A stretch of 61,115 nt of DNA, filler included. It is 4 parts of 4 records of this genome, joined end to end, with 100 filler letters (N's around TTAATTAATTAA, not from the genome) between each part and the next. Parts side by side here need not be neighbours in the genome. Positions count along the whole stretch, not along the records: positions 44,917 to 61,115 come from SRR20825019_2785; 3 more parts are not named here. One strand, given 5' to 3'. The notes under the pieces were generated by a model. That model did not search any database. It was not told where the DNA came from and saw only the letters and a program-made list of their open reading frames with translations. This document shows, in pieces, positions 48,630-58,475 of this stretch (position 1 is the stretch's first letter; each line of letters begins with the position of its first letter). Made by a program: the position numbers and the translations under genes.

Positions 48630-51098
48630 ATGCTGCTTAAATCCGGAGCATCCGTTCCTTACTGGCAGGTCACGTCGCTTGAAGAACGGGCATATGATGT
48701 GGCGGATATGCCGATGGAAGGCGAGATGGATTCAACCTTTTTCCTGACAAAGGAAAAGAATTTCATCCCGCATACCTATCCCTGCCGGACCGCTTATATT
48801 GCCGAACGCCGTGGCAAAGAAATTGCCGAACTGCCGTTCCCTGACTGGCGGAAGGCAAGGAACATTTTGCCAGGTGGATCACCGTTTCTTGATCTTTCGG
48901 GGTTCTGGTTCCGGGCAACCCATATTCAGGGGTGGGCGAGAACGGCGATCAATGCCATGGATGCAGGCCCTGCGCGGTTGCGATTGGGTATTTGTGGGGC
49001 CGCGCGCGTTTATGTGAACGGGCGGGCGGTTGCGTGGCTTTCGCCCGCGACCCGGAATGCCATGGACGAGGTCGAGTTTGAGGCCGATCTGAAACAGGGC
49101 CACAACGAGGTTGCCGTCCAGTTTGAAGATCTGTGCGAGCGCGATGCGGTTATCCGTATTGCGCTTGTCTGGATTGACGGCCCAAAGGCAGAGGCGGGGA
49201 ATTGTTTTCCGGCGGAACCTGACGCCGTATCTGCGGTCGAGGCGGCTGTTGATGCCATGCATCTTGATCGTAAATTCTATGACAGTGATGATATCTGGCT
49301 TGTCATGCCTGTGCCGTTTCCTGACAAGGTTCGCGGCCGGGTCAGGGTTGCCGGTCATTTCATGTCGCATGATCATGATGATGTGACGTTTGAAATTCCC
49401 GCGGGGGCAGATCGCGTGCGTCTGGCATCGTCGAACGATTTTCCGGCAGATTACCGGTATTTCGGATTTGCGTTCCAGTGCGGCGATTTTGCATCCGAAG
49501 CGCGGCTTGGTGCGGAAGTCAGTTGGCGTTCTGTAACCGGGCCAGCACCGGAAAACCTTGAGGCGCGCATTGCCGAAAGCCTTGCATGGATTGCAAAGAA
49601 CGGTGAAACCGATACCGAAACCGCACTTGCCTGTGCGGCCGTCGGGGATGAGGTGGCGTTGGCGCGTGCCGAGGCAATCATCAACACGGCTTTGCCGGGG
49701 ATCGAGCAGTGTTATGACTGTGCTGATTTTGCGCTGGTTCCGCTTTTGTGGACGCGCATTGTGTTTGCGGATCGGCTCCCTGCATCTTTGGTCGCGCGTA
49801 TCGATGCCGCTATTCTTGAATTCCGTTACTGGATGGATGAGCCGGGCAACGATGTTCAGTGGTATTTCTCGGAAAACCATGCATTGTTGTTCCATACTTC
49901 TGCCTATCTGGCAGGGAACCTGTTGCCGCAGTCACATTTCCGGCGCGCAGATAGGAATGGCACCGCACAGAAACAGGCCGGTTATGAGCGCCTGATGGCG
50001 TGGTTCGATCATTTCGAAGCGGCCGAAATGGCGGAATTCAATTCCGGAACCTATTTCCCGATTGATCTTAAAGGGCTGGCGGCCCTGTTTGCGCTTGCAC
50101 CCGACGAAGTCATTCGGAAACGGGCATCTGGGGCCATTACCCGACTGATCACCATGATTGCCAATTCGGCGCATCACGGCGTCATTACCGGGGCGCAGGG
50201 CCGAAGTTACGAGCATTCACTTTGCGTCGCCGATACTTTGGAACTGAACGGTCTTGCCAGATTGTTGTGGGGCAAAGGGCAGTTTGGGGCGCATGTGAAT
50301 TGCCTGGCCCAGATGGCTTTGGCGTTGCGTGATCATGGGCTTGAATTGCCTGATCTTGCCGACATTGCCTGCTGGGAGAAACGCGATACCGCGCAGGAAT
50401 GGACTTTCTGGCAGGGCGAAAATGCGTTTTGCCGATTGTATCATTACAAAACCAGTGAAACCGCGATGGGAAGTGCCGCCCTTTATCGCTGGCGGGACTG
50501 GGGATATCAGGAAACGCTTCTTCAGGCGCGGATCGGTCGCGAACCGGGCGCACAGATATTCATCAACCATCCCGGCGAAATTGTTCAATCCGGTTTTGGT
50601 CGCCCGTCCTTCTGGGGCGGATCGGCAAGTGTTCCACGCGTTCAGCAATATCGTGATCTGGCGATTGTCCGGTTTGAAGGTGTGGCACCGCAACCTGATT
50701 TTACCCATGCATGGTTCCCGACATTGGCGTTTGATGAATGGCATGTCGATGGATATCGGGCGTCGGCACGTTCGGGCGAGGGTGCGTTGCTTATATCGGC
50801 GTCGGGACCTTTGGAGCTTGTGCAAACGGGCGGGTCGGCCGGGCATGAATTGCGTCTTGCGGGGCGTGATGGGATATGGGTTGTTCGACTGGGACATGCC
50901 GGTGATTTGGCGAAATTTGCCAATAGCCATGCGCTTGATGTTCATGTTGATACCGATGGCACATATCGTATCGAAGATGCGCAATATGGCGCGGTGTTGT
51001 TCCATCAAAACGGCGTCGTATCGGCCGAGGGCCGTGCTCTTAATCCAATGGAATGGACGCTTGAGGGCGACCGCAAGGAATTGCCGCTGGTTCACTGA
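48630..51098 (+). CDS. Conserved hypothetical protein (822 aa), possible oligosaccharide lyase-like
   Basis: 3 nt after kduI; N-terminal beta-sandwich, helical middle with YWMDEPGNDVQWYFSENHALLFH and EFNSGTYFPID, beta-rich C-terminus; no signal peptide. Confidence 0.7.
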   Translation: MLLKSGASVPYWQVTSLEERAYDVADMPMEGEMDSTFFLTKEKNFIPHTYPCRTAYIAERRGKEIAELPFPDWRKARNILPGGSPFLDLSGFWFRATHIQGWARTAINAMDAGPARLRLGICGAARVYVNGRAVAWLSPATRNAMDEVEFEADLKQGHNEVAVQFEDLCERDAVIRIALVWIDGPKAEAGNCFPAEPDAVSAVEAAVDAMHLDRKFYDSDDIWLVMPVPFPDKVRGRVRVAGHFMSHDHDDVTFEIPAGADRVRLASSNDFPADYRYFGFAFQCGDFASEARLGAEVSWRSVTGPAPENLEARIAESLAWIAKNGETDTETALACAAVGDEVALARAEAIINTALPGIEQCYDCADFALVPLLWTRIVFADRLPASLVARIDAAILEFRYWMDEPGNDVQWYFSENHALLFHTSAYLAGNLLPQSHFRRADRNGTAQKQAGYERLMAWFDHFEAAEMAEFNSGTYFPIDLKGLAALFALAPDEVIRKRASGAITRLITMIANSAHHGVITGAQGRSYEHSLCVADTLELNGLARLLWGKGQFGAHVNCLAQMALALRDHGLELPDLADIACWEKRDTAQEWTFWQGENAFCRLYHYKTSETAMGSAALYRWRDWGYQETLLQARIGREPGAQIFINHPGEIVQSGFGRPSFWGGSASVPRVQQYRDLAIVRFEGVAPQPDFTHAWFPTLAFDEWHVDGYRASARSGEGALLISASGPLELVQTGGSAGHELRLAGRDGIWVVRLGHAGDLAKFANSHALDVHVDTDGTYRIEDAQYGAVLFHQNGVVSAEGRALNPMEWTLEGDRKELPLVH

Positions 51099-51133
51099 GG
51101 GAGCCGAGACCTCCCGTCGGCTCCTGAATGATG

Positions 51134-51170
51134 AAGGCCGGAATAGCAGAAATGCTGTTCCGGCCTTTTC
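51134..51170 (+). terminator. Probable Rho-independent terminator
   Basis: AAGGCCGGAATAGCA-GAAA-TGCTGTTCCGGCCTT stem followed by TTC, between convergent genes. Confidence 0.65.
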
Positions 51171-51412
51171 ATTATCGGTGGCGTATTGACGGTCAAATTG
51201 CAGCCTGTCTTGCGCATGTTGCTTGGCTGTTTATAGGGCATCTTTGGGAAGCGCCGACCGTTTGGGGTGTGAAACACACCAAAGAAGGATGGAAACCATG
51301 CCTGCAAAATCAAAAGCACAGCAGAGGGCGGGGATATTGGTGCTTTTTGCCAAGTGGAAGGGCAAGCCCGAACATATGTCGGACGCTTGAGCCCTTCCGA
51401 TAATGCCGTGCG

Positions 51413-52540
51413 TTAAAGGTCGTCGATTTTTACACGCCGTTCTTCGCGGGCCGACAGGGCAACCGCGTGGATGACCTTTTCGAATTCAAACGCATCGTCA
51501 AAGCCCGGATAGGCAGCGTGATTGTCGCGGATGGCGCGCAGAAGGGCGGCGGCTTCGATGACCTTGAGGTCGTTAAAGCCAAGCTGATGGCCCGGTGCCG
51601 GACAGAAATTGCCATAAGGCGGATGTTCCGGGCCGGTCAGGATGGTGGTGAAGCCCTGTTTGGCGGTCGGGCCTTCGTTGCGGTAAAGCTGCAATTCGTT
51701 CAGCCGTTCCTGATCAAAGCACAGCATGCCCTTTGTGCCGTGGACTTCCCATGCCAGCCGGTTTTTGCGCCCCCAGGCGGAGCGGGAGGTTGAAATGCTG
51801 CCCTGTGCGCCATTGGCAAAGCGGACAAGGGCGGTTGCGGTATCTTCGTTTTCGACCTTTGCCCGGCCCGCCCCATCGGCCAGCGGGCGGGTTTCATGGA
51901 CCGTCTGCATATCGGCAATCAGACTGTCGATCGGGCCAACAAGGCCATAGGTCATCGAAACCAGATGACATCCCAGATCGCCAAGTGCGCCCAAACCAGC
52001 GTCGGCAATCGTGCTGCGCCAGGTCCAGGGGAGTTCGGGGTTGGCCTGATAATCCTCGTCCACCCAGCCGCGAAAATGCACAATGTCGCCAATCGCACCC
52101 TCGCGCACCAGTTTGCAGGCATGGGTAAAGGCGGGGTTTTTGATGTAATTATAGCCGACCATGGTTTTCACCCCGGCCTTGCGCGCCGCATCGCGCATCG
52201 CACGCGCCTGATCAAGCGTCAGGGCCAGCGGCTTTTCGCAATAGACATGCTTGCCCGCCGCAATTGCGGCCAGCGCCATGTCAAAATGCAGCATATTGGG
52301 GGTGGTGATCGATACGATATCGACCGCCGGATCGGCAATCAGGGCCTTCCAGTCATCGGTGGCACGCGCAAAGCCGAACTGATCGGCCATGGTTCTGGCC
52401 TTGTCCGCCGGGGTATCACAGAGCAGTTCAAGACGGACATCAGGGACATCGCCCATCACGGCGCGAACCGCGCCAAATGCAAGCGCATGCGCCTTGCCCA
52501 TGAAACCGGTGCCGATAAGGCCAATACCGATGGATGCCAT
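51413..52540 (-). CDS. Gfo/Idh/MocA family oxidoreductase (inositol dehydrogenase-like)
   Basis: GLIGTGFMG, KHVYCEKP, GALGDLGCH; adjacent to the iol cluster. Confidence 0.9.
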   Translation of the reverse strand: MASIGIGLIGTGFMGKAHALAFGAVRAVMGDVPDVRLELLCDTPADKARTMADQFGFARATDDWKALIADPAVDIVSITTPNMLHFDMALAAIAAGKHVYCEKPLALTLDQARAMRDAARKAGVKTMVGYNYIKNPAFTHACKLVREGAIGDIVHFRGWVDEDYQANPELPWTWRSTIADAGLGALGDLGCHLVSMTYGLVGPIDSLIADMQTVHETRPLADGAGRAKVENEDTATALVRFANGAQGSISTSRSAWGRKNRLAWEVHGTKGMLCFDQERLNELQLYRNEGPTAKQGFTTILTGPEHPPYGNFCPAPGHQLGFNDLKVIEAAALLRAIRDNHAAYPGFDDAFEFEKVIHAVALSAREERRVKIDDL

Positions 52541-52567
52541 TTCGCTGGACTCCCTGTCTGTATCAAA

Positions 52568-52585
52568 ATAGAATTTTTATTCTAT
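52568..52585. promoter_or_regulatory. Putative IolR operator
   Basis: Palindrome ATAGAAT-TTTT-ATTCTAT between the divergent dehydrogenase and iolR genes. Confidence 0.6.
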
Positions 52586-52649
52586 AAAATGGATGATCAT
52601 GGAATACATCCAGCGTCAAGCAAAAACAAAAACAGGAAACCCGTACGCC

Positions 52650-53474
52650 ATGACGGAACAAACCGCGCCGGTCTCGCTTGAAGAATTCAATCATCGGCTG
52701 GCTGAAATATCGGAGGCAATGCCCAAAAGATTGAGGCAATGCGCCGAATTTGTCGCCCAGAATACAGACCGTATTGCGGTTTCGACCGTGGCGGAACTGT
52801 CCGCCGGGGCGGGGGTGCAACCATCGGCCTTCATGCGGTTTTGCCAGTTGCTGGGCTTTTCGGGATTTTCCGAAATGCAGAAAATGTTTCGCGAAACCTA
52901 TGCCCAGAAATGGCCCGATTACGCGACGCGATTGGAAAATCTTCGGGCAAGCGGGGCCGATAGCCCCAGTGCGCTTTTGGCGGAGTTTGTCGAGGCCGGG
53001 CGGCTGTCGCTTGAAAATCTGGCGTCGTCGATTGATGCCGGATTGCTTGAAGAAGCGGTCAATGTGCTGGCGGCTGCCCCGATGATCCATATTGTCGGGT
53101 TCAGACGCGCCTTTCCGGTGGCGAGTTATTTATCCTATGCGTTTGAAAAGATGGACATCCCGGCGGTTTTGCATGACGGGGTGGGGAAGCTTAACCCGCG
53201 TCATGCCATTCGCAAGGGCGATGTGATGATTGCCATTACCTTTGCCCCCTATTCGCAGGAAACCATCGATCTGGCGGCCTATGCACGGGGACTCGGCAAC
53301 CCGGTTGTTGCGATTACCGATACGATGACAAGTCCGCTTCGGCGGATTGACGCCCTGACCCTTGCGGTGTCCGAAGTCGATGTCGGGGCCTTCAGGGCGC
53401 TGTCGGCCACGCTTTCGCTGGCGATTTCGTTGGCGGTGGCGATTGGGGCAAAACGGGATCGGGCAAGCGAATAG
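52650..53474 (+). CDS. iolR: MurR/RpiR family regulator of inositol catabolism
   Basis: HTH STVAELSAGAGVQPSAFMRFCQLLGFSGF; SIS domain ITFAPYS, VAITD; iol context. Confidence 0.85.
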   Translation: MTEQTAPVSLEEFNHRLAEISEAMPKRLRQCAEFVAQNTDRIAVSTVAELSAGAGVQPSAFMRFCQLLGFSGFSEMQKMFRETYAQKWPDYATRLENLRASGADSPSALLAEFVEAGRLSLENLASSIDAGLLEEAVNVLAAAPMIHIVGFRRAFPVASYLSYAFEKMDIPAVLHDGVGKLNPRHAIRKGDVMIAITFAPYSQETIDLAAYARGLGNPVVAITDTMTSPLRRIDALTLAVSEVDVGAFRALSATLSLAISLAVAIGAKRDRASE

Positions 53475-53500
53475 AAAAAATTTGTTGCATCAAAATAAAA

Positions 53501-53518
53501 ATGGAATAAAAATTCCAT
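53501..53518. promoter_or_regulatory. Putative IolR operator
   Basis: Palindrome ATGGAAT-AAAA-ATTCCAT (GGAA-N6-TTCC) upstream of the inositol ABC/iol operon. Confidence 0.65.
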
Positions 53519-53668
53519 TCATCGAATTCGGGGTACCTGACCCCGAAGCGAGGCCCGGTAAAAAGTGACGCCTTAAGAAATCACAGGCCGGACCGTTCAC
53601 TGAACATTCAGTCGACGCATCGGGGCGCAAAATGCGGCCCCGTTTCAAAGCCACTAGGGAGGCTAACG

Positions 53669-54610
53669 ATGAAGAAGACTTTGACCGCAATTGCGGCCGC
53701 TGCCATTGCCTTTGCCGGATTTACCGGGACTGCTTCGGCAGAAGACGAAAAATTCGTTCTGATCAGCCATGCACCGGACTCGGACAGCTGGTGGAACACC
53801 ATCAAGAATGCCATCAAGGTCGCAGGCGACCAGATGGAAGTCACGGTTGATTACCGCAACCCGCCGACCGGCGATCTGGCCGATATGGCCCGTATTGTCG
53901 AGCAGGCAGCGGCCACCAACCCGGATGGCATCATTGTCACCATCGCCGATTTCAACGTGCTTAAAGGCCCGATCATGGATGCGGTTGATCGCGGTATTCC
54001 GGTGATCACCATCAATTCCGGCACCGTTGAACAGTCGGCCGAGCTTGGTGCGCTGATGCATGTTGGTCAGCCGGAATATGATGCCGGTTTCGGGGCGGGC
54101 AAACGTGCCGCAGCCGCCGGTGCGAAATCATTTGTCTGTGTGAACCATTACATCACCAACCCGGCATCGGTTGAGCGTTGCCGTGGCTTTGCCGATGCGC
54201 TTGGCGTCGAGCTTGGCAGCCAGATGATCGATAGCGGCATGGATCCGTCGGAAGTGAAGAACAAGGTCGCGGCCTATCTGAATACCAACAAGGATGTCGA
54301 TGCGATCCTGACACTTGGCCCGAATTCGGCCCATCCGACCCTGGCCGCCGTTCGTGATGCCGGTCTTGCCGGTCAGATCATGTTTGGCACGTTCGATCTT
54401 TCCAGCGAAATCGCCGAAGCGATCAAAAAGGGCGAGATCAATTTCGCCATTGATCAGCAGCCTTACCTTCAGGGGTATCTGCCGGTCGTTATCCTGACCA
54501 ACTATGCACGATATGGTGTTCTGCCGTCCGGCAACATCAATTCCGGTCCCGGTTTCATCACCAAGGACAATATCGCGCTTGTTGAAAAATACGCTGGCGA
54601 ATTCCGTTAA
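53669..54610 (+). CDS. Inositol/sugar (CUT2) ABC transporter substrate-binding protein
   Basis: Signal peptide; SHAPDSDSWW, GIPVITIN, FAIDQQPYLQG. Confidence 0.92.
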   Translation: MKKTLTAIAAAAIAFAGFTGTASAEDEKFVLISHAPDSDSWWNTIKNAIKVAGDQMEVTVDYRNPPTGDLADMARIVEQAAATNPDGIIVTIADFNVLKGPIMDAVDRGIPVITINSGTVEQSAELGALMHVGQPEYDAGFGAGKRAAAAGAKSFVCVNHYITNPASVERCRGFADALGVELGSQMIDSGMDPSEVKNKVAAYLNTNKDVDAILTLGPNSAHPTLAAVRDAGLAGQIMFGTFDLSSEIAEAIKKGEINFAIDQQPYLQGYLPVVILTNYARYGVLPSGNINSGPGFITKDNIALVEKYAGEFR

Positions 54611-54685
54611 GCATTCCTCCCGTCAGGGGGTGGGCAGCGTGCCGCCCCCTGGCAAAACTCACCTGCCAGATAAAAGAGTGATGTC

Positions 54686-55783
54686 ATGACGGACGAGCGG
54701 CTCAAGCAAGTCTCAACCCTTCGACGTGCCATGATCCGACCGGAACTGGGTGCTATTTGCGGCACGATCCTGGTCTTTGTTTTCTTCTTCATGATCGCGG
54801 GCGATAGCGGCATGTTCTCGCCCGAAGGGGTGCAGAACTGGGGCGTGGTTTCTGCGCAGTTTGCCATTATTGCGGTTGGTGCCTGCCTTTTGATGATTGC
54901 CGGCGAATTTGATCTGTCGGTCGGATCGATGATCGGTTTTGCCGGGGTGGTGATTGCCATCCTGTCGGTCCATCTGGGATGGCCGGTGTGGCTGTCGATC
55001 ATTGCGGCCTTTGTCATTTGTGTCGGGCTTGGCGCGTTAAACGGGTTCCTTGTGATCAAGACCGGGTTGCCGAGCTTTATCGTCACCCTTGCATTTCTTT
55101 ATATCCTGCGCGGTTTGACGATCTGGTTATCCATCCTGACCACGCGCCAGACGATTATTGGCGGGGTCAAGGAAGCCGCAGAGGGTGATCCGCTGGCATT
55201 TCTGTTTGGCGGCGTGATTTTCAAGGACCTGTTCCAGTGGTTTGCCGATCTTGGACTGCTTGATACCTTTACGCGTGGTTCGCGCGAGGGGCAGCCGGTT
55301 GTCGAAGGCCTGCCGATGCTGGTGGTCTGGGCGGTGGTGCTGGTGATTTTCGGGCACTGGCTTTTGACCAAAACCCGGTTTGGGAACTGGATTTTTGCAT
55401 CCGGCGGGGATGCGCAAGCCGCACGTTATGTCGGCGTGCCGGTCAATCGGGTCAAAATCCTGATGTTCATGTTTACCGCGTTCTGTGCCACGGTTTTCGC
55501 CACCTGTCAGGTGATGGAATTCGGTTCGGCCGCTGCAGACCGCGGACTTTTGAAAGAATTTGAAGCGATCATCTGTGTGGTGATCGGCGGGGCGCTTCTG
55601 ACCGGGGGATATGGATCGGTCATCGGGGCAGCACTTGGCGCGCTGATTTTCGGTGTGGTTCAGCAGGGGCTTTTCTTTGCCGGGGCTGAAAGTTCGCTGT
55701 TCCGTGTGTTCCTGGGCGGTATCCTGATCCTTGCCGTCATCATGAACACCTATATCCGCCGCATGATCACGGGAGAACGGTGA
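54686..55783 (+). CDS. Sugar ABC transporter permease (RbsC-like)
   Basis: [40 protein letters not shown]. Confidence 0.92.
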   Translation: MTDERLKQVSTLRRAMIRPELGAICGTILVFVFFFMIAGDSGMFSPEGVQNWGVVSAQFAIIAVGACLLMIAGEFDLSVGSMIGFAGVVIAILSVHLGWPVWLSIIAAFVICVGLGALNGFLVIKTGLPSFIVTLAFLYILRGLTIWLSILTTRQTIIGGVKEAAEGDPLAFLFGGVIFKDLFQWFADLGLLDTFTRGSREGQPVVEGLPMLVVWAVVLVIFGHWLLTKTRFGNWIFASGGDAQAARYVGVPVNRVKILMFMFTAFCATVFATCQVMEFGSAAADRGLLKEFEAIICVVIGGALLTGGYGSVIGAALGALIFGVVQQGLFFAGAESSLFRVFLGGILILAVIMNTYIRRMITGER

Positions 55784-56562
55784 TGAGCACGCCATTGATT
55801 GAAATGAACAATATCGAAAAGCATTTTGGTCCGGTGATTGCGCTGGGCGGGGTGTCGTTCGATGTGATGGAAGGCGAATGCCATTGTCTGCTGGGCGATA
55901 ACGGGGCGGGCAAGTCGACCTTTATCAAAACCATGTCGGGGGTCCATAAACCGACCAAGGGAACGATGAGGGTTGGCGGCAAGGACGTCGTTTTTGAAAG
56001 CCCGCGTGACGCCATGGAAAGCGGCATTGCAACGGTTTATCAGGATCTGGCGATGATCCCGTTGATGTCGGTGACGCGCAATTTCTGGATGGGGCGTGAA
56101 CCGCGCAAAAGTTTCGGCCCGTTCAAATGGATCGATTTCGATCACGCCAATTCCGTCACACTGAACGAAATGGCGCGCATGGGGATTAATCTGCGCGAGC
56201 CGGAACAGGCCGTCGGCACCCTTTCGGGGGGCGAACGGCAGACGGTGGCGATTGCGCGCGCGGTCTATTTCGGGGCCAAGGTGCTTATTCTGGATGAACC
56301 GACATCCGCCCTTGGCGTGCGGCAGACATCCAATGTCCTTGCGACCATCGACAGGGTGCGCAAATCGGGCATCGGGGTGATTTTCATTACCCATAACGTG
56401 CGCCATGCCATGGCGGTGGGCGACCGTTTCACGGTTTTGAACCGTGGCCAGACACATGGCACGGCAAAGCGCGGTGATATCAAACCCGAAGAATTGCAGG
56501 ATCTGATGGCGGGCGGTCAGGAACTGGCCGAGCTTGAAGGGTCGCTTGGGGGGACGATCTGA
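55783..56562 (+). CDS. Sugar ABC transporter ATP-binding protein
   Basis: [23 protein letters not shown]. Confidence 0.93.
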   Translation: MSTPLIEMNNIEKHFGPVIALGGVSFDVMEGECHCLLGDNGAGKSTFIKTMSGVHKPTKGTMRVGGKDVVFESPRDAMESGIATVYQDLAMIPLMSVTRNFWMGREPRKSFGPFKWIDFDHANSVTLNEMARMGINLREPEQAVGTLSGGERQTVAIARAVYFGAKVLILDEPTSALGVRQTSNVLATIDRVRKSGIGVIFITHNVRHAMAVGDRFTVLNRGQTHGTAKRGDIKPEELQDLMAGGQELAELEGSLGGTI

Positions 56563-58475
56563 TGAAAAAGCTTGATGTCATTACCATCGGACGATCATCG
56601 GTTGATCTTTACGGGGCGCAGATCGGCGGCCGACTTGAGGATATGGCATCCTTTAACAAATATATCGGCGGATCACCGACCAATATGGCGTGTGGCACCG
56701 CGCGGCTTGGCCTGAAATCGGCCCTGATCACGCGGGTGGGCGACGAGCACATGGGGCGTTTCATCCGCGAACAGTTGCTGGCCGAGGGTGTCGATGTCCG
56801 TGGTGTTGTCACCGATCCGGAACGTCTGACCGCCCTTGTCCTTCTGGGCGTGCGCGATCAGGAACAGTTTCCGTTGATTTTCTATCGGGAAAACTGTGCC
56901 GATATGGCGCTGTGCGAGGATGATATTGATCCCGAATTTATTGCCGATGCGCGGTGCGTCACGGTGACGGGGACGCATTTATCGCATCCGCGCACCCGGG
57001 CGGCCGTGCTGAAGGCATTGAAACTGGCGCGGGAAAACGGGGCCAAAACGGCCCTTGATATTGATTACCGGCCCAATCTTTGGGGATTGTCGGGGCATGG
57101 GGATGGTGAAAACCGCTTCATTGCATCGGACAAGGTGACCAAGGAACTGCAAGCGACATTGCATCTTTTTGACCTGATCGTCGGGACCGAGGAAGAGTTT
57201 CACATTGCCGGTGGCACGACCGATACGCTTGAGGCGCTTGAAAATGTGCGGGTTACGTCGAACGCGACACTGGTGTGCAAGCGCGGGCCGATGGGGGCGG
57301 TTGCCTTTACCGGCAAGATTGGCGCGAAGCTTGATGACGGTATTTCCGGCCCCGGTTTTCCGGTCGAGGTGTTTAACGTTTTGGGCGCGGGTGATGGGTT
57401 TATGTCCGGCCTGCTTAAGGGGTGGCTGACGGATCAGGACTGGGAAACGTCGCTTAAATATGCCAATGCGTGCGGCGCGTTTGCCGTGTCGCGGCATGGC
57501 TGTACGCCGGCTTATCCAAGCTGGGACGAATTGCAGTTCTTCTTTGATCGGGGGATCAAGAACCCGTCGCTGCGTCATGATGCGGAGCTGGAGCAGATCC
57601 ATTGGTCGACCAACCGGATGGGTGACTGGCCGGAAATGCGGGTTTTTGCCTTTGATCACCGCATGCAGCTTGAAGACCTGGCCGATGAGGTTGGCGTTTC
57701 GCGCGACCGGATCGGGCCGTTCAAGGAGCTTTGCCTGCGTTCGGTGCGCGATGTGGCGGGTGATAAGCCGGGTTATGGCATCCTGTGCGAACCGCGCCTT
57801 GGCCGTGATGCGCTTTATGCCGCGGCTGGCACCGGGCTTTGGATCGGGCGGCCGGTTGAATTGCCGGGATCGCGTCCGTTACGATTGGAAATTGGCCCGG
57901 ATATCGGAAGCAAGCTTGCCGAATGGCCGGTCGAGCATGTCGTCAAGGTGCTGTGTTTCTATCACCCCGATGATGACGCGGCGATGAAGGAAGATCAGGA
58001 AGAAACCATCAAGCGGCTGGCGGATGGGGCACGGGCCAACCGGCTTGAATTCCTGTTGGAAATCATCCCGTCAAAGGTTGCGGCCTGTGATGATCAGACG
58101 ACGGCGAAAATCATCGAGCGGTTCTATGAGATCGGGGTTTATCCCGATTGGTGGAAGCTGGAACCGATGAAATCGGACGCGGCATGGCGTCATGCCTGTG
58201 ACATGATTTCGCGCCATGATCCTTATTGCCGGGGCATCGTCGTTCTGGGTCTTGAAGCGCCCGAAGCCGAACTGGTGGCAAGTTTCGAGGTTGCGGCCAA
58301 GCATGACATGGTCAGGGGCTTTGCCGTCGGGCGGACGATCTTTGCCGGGGTTGCACGCGACTGGCTTGCGGGTAACATTGACGATCAAACAGCCGTTACA
58401 CAGATGGCGGAAAAATATCGCGCGCTTTGCACCACATGGGATGCGGCGCGCAAAAAATCGGGAGGAGCGGCATGA
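56562..58475 (+). CDS. iolC: 5-dehydro-2-deoxygluconokinase fused to DUF2090 aldolase-like domain
   Basis: IGRSSVDLYG, PLIFYRENCAD, VLGAGDGF, AFDHR, PDWWKLEP, GFAVGRTIF. Confidence 0.95.
   Translation: MKKLDVITIGRSSVDLYGAQIGGRLEDMASFNKYIGGSPTNMACGTARLGLKSALITRVGDEHMGRFIREQLLAEGVDVRGVVTDPERLTALVLLGVRDQEQFPLIFYRENCADMALCEDDIDPEFIADARCVTVTGTHLSHPRTRAAVLKALKLARENGAKTALDIDYRPNLWGLSGHGDGENRFIASDKVTKELQATLHLFDLIVGTEEEFHIAGGTTDTLEALENVRVTSNATLVCKRGPMGAVAFTGKIGAKLDDGISGPGFPVEVFNVLGAGDGFMSGLLKGWLTDQDWETSLKYANACGAFAVSRHGCTPAYPSWDELQFFFDRGIKNPSLRHDAELEQIHWSTNRMGDWPEMRVFAFDHRMQLEDLADEVGVSRDRIGPFKELCLRSVRDVAGDKPGYGILCEPRLGRDALYAAAGTGLWIGRPVELPGSRPLRLEIGPDIGSKLAEWPVEHVVKVLCFYHPDDDAAMKEDQEETIKRLADGARANRLEFLLEIIPSKVAACDDQTTAKIIERFYEIGVYPDWWKLEPMKSDAAWRHACDMISRHDPYCRGIVVLGLEAPEAELVASFEVAAKHDMVRGFAVGRTIFAGVARDWLAGNIDDQTAVTQMAEKYRALCTTWDAARKKSGGAA

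Noticed and set aside
56562-58475. IolC fused to an aldolase-like DUF2090 domain
   Set aside because: A well-known fusion in proteobacterial iol clusters.
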